Source: a virus
Virus record (IMG/VR): IMGVR_UViG_3300048588_000115
Span: 1-52,566 of that record
Direction: 5' to 3' (one strand)
DNA length: 52,566 bases
The translations under genes were made by a program, and so were the position numbers. Shown one piece after another: positions 52,192-52,566 of this stretch. The notes beneath the pieces were generated by a model. It was given only the letters and a program-made list of their open reading frames with translations. It ran no database searches and had not been told where the DNA came from. Position 1 is the first letter of the stretch, and the number at the start of each line of letters is the position of its first letter.

Positions 52192-52566
52192 ATGGCAAAG
52201 AAAGAGTTTGGCTGGCATTTCGTAGCTGATAAGCTGCGTGATGGCTCGCCTATCCCTGCTGATGGTGTACCGCTTGTGTATAGCGGTGCTATTCGCATCT
52301 GTCGATCTGGCTTGCATTTCTCAAGCAAGCCTCATCAAGCGTTGCAATATGCACCAGGCAATACACTATGCTACGTGCAGGTGGCAGATGTACGTGAGCG
52401 GGGGGCAGACAAAGGTGTGTGCAGCAAACGTACAATTATTAAGCGGATTAATGCCAAGCAGTTGATGCGACGCTTCGCATGTGATCAAGCGTTGTCTGTT
52501 GCACATCTGCGTGAGCCCAATGCCGTTGTGGATAAGTATCTGCAAACGGCTGACCCTGCTTTGCGG
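52192..52566 (+). CDS. Ala/Trp 4-residue-repeat protein, paralog B, 5' part (continues at nt 128 across the junction)
   Basis: ATGGCAAAGAAAGAGTTTGGCTGGCATTTC... runs open to the window end. It is roughly 90% identical by eye to 50788..51162. Confidence 0.7.
   Translation, partial: MAKKEFGWHFVADKLRDGSPIPADGVPLVYSGAIRICRSGLHFSSKPHQALQYAPGNTLCYVQVADVRERGADKGVCSKRTIIKRINAKQLMRRFACDQALSVAHLREPNAVVDKYLQTADPALR

Noticed and set aside
50788-52566. Diversity-generating retroelement (template/variable repeat pair)
   Set aside because: No reverse transcriptase gene occurs anywhere in the window, and the differences between the paralogs are not restricted to adenine positions.
1-52566. Lysogeny module (integrase, CI-like repressor, attP) or a plasmid partition system
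   Set aside because: No tyrosine or serine recombinase, repressor or ParA/ParB motifs were recognised in any ORF. The tRNA genes are intact rather than att-like fragments.

Overview
The window looks like a complete ~52.4-kb tailed-phage genome with a podovirus-like gene set. It appears circularly closed, because nt 1-127 are identical to 52440-52566. Two transcription arms diverge from back-to-back near-consensus sigma70-type promoters at 46983-47098 and converge on a bidirectional hairpin terminator at 20783-20808.

The plus arm runs from 47.1 kb, across the junction, to 20.8 kb. In order it carries:
- an AT-rich tract and a ~1.2-kb ORF-free, motif-rich segment;
- small genes, tRNA-Leu(UAA) and tRNA(CAU);
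- a GGCT-like gene and two paralogous Ala/Trp-repeat genes;
- a phiEco32-type amidoligase / amidotransferase / ATP-grasp cassette;
- primase and helicase;
- a family-A DNA polymerase split by a putative HNH-carrying group I intron and by a second short interruption;
- SSB-like, deaminase, SLOG, FEN, PD-(D/E)xK nuclease and phosphatase genes;
- a class II-like RNR and an HslV-like peptidase.

The minus arm runs from 46.97 kb down to 20.8 kb. It carries TerS-like, HNH-like, TerL, portal, GroES-like, scaffold and capsid genes. These are followed by tail, fibre and depolymerase-like proteins, internal virion proteins and an M15 endolysin.

I recognised no integrase, repressor or phage RNA polymerase.

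The most notable points are:
- the amidoligase cassette, whose product is unknown;
- three islands of ~58-63% GC in a ~43% GC backbone, with composition junctions inside open reading frames;
- the ORF-free repeat-rich region next to the divergent promoters;
- two genes whose conserved N-termini can only be translated from SD-8nt-ATA;
- the doubly interrupted polymerase gene.

All functional calls come from motifs read by eye, with no database search, and start codons are often uncertain.
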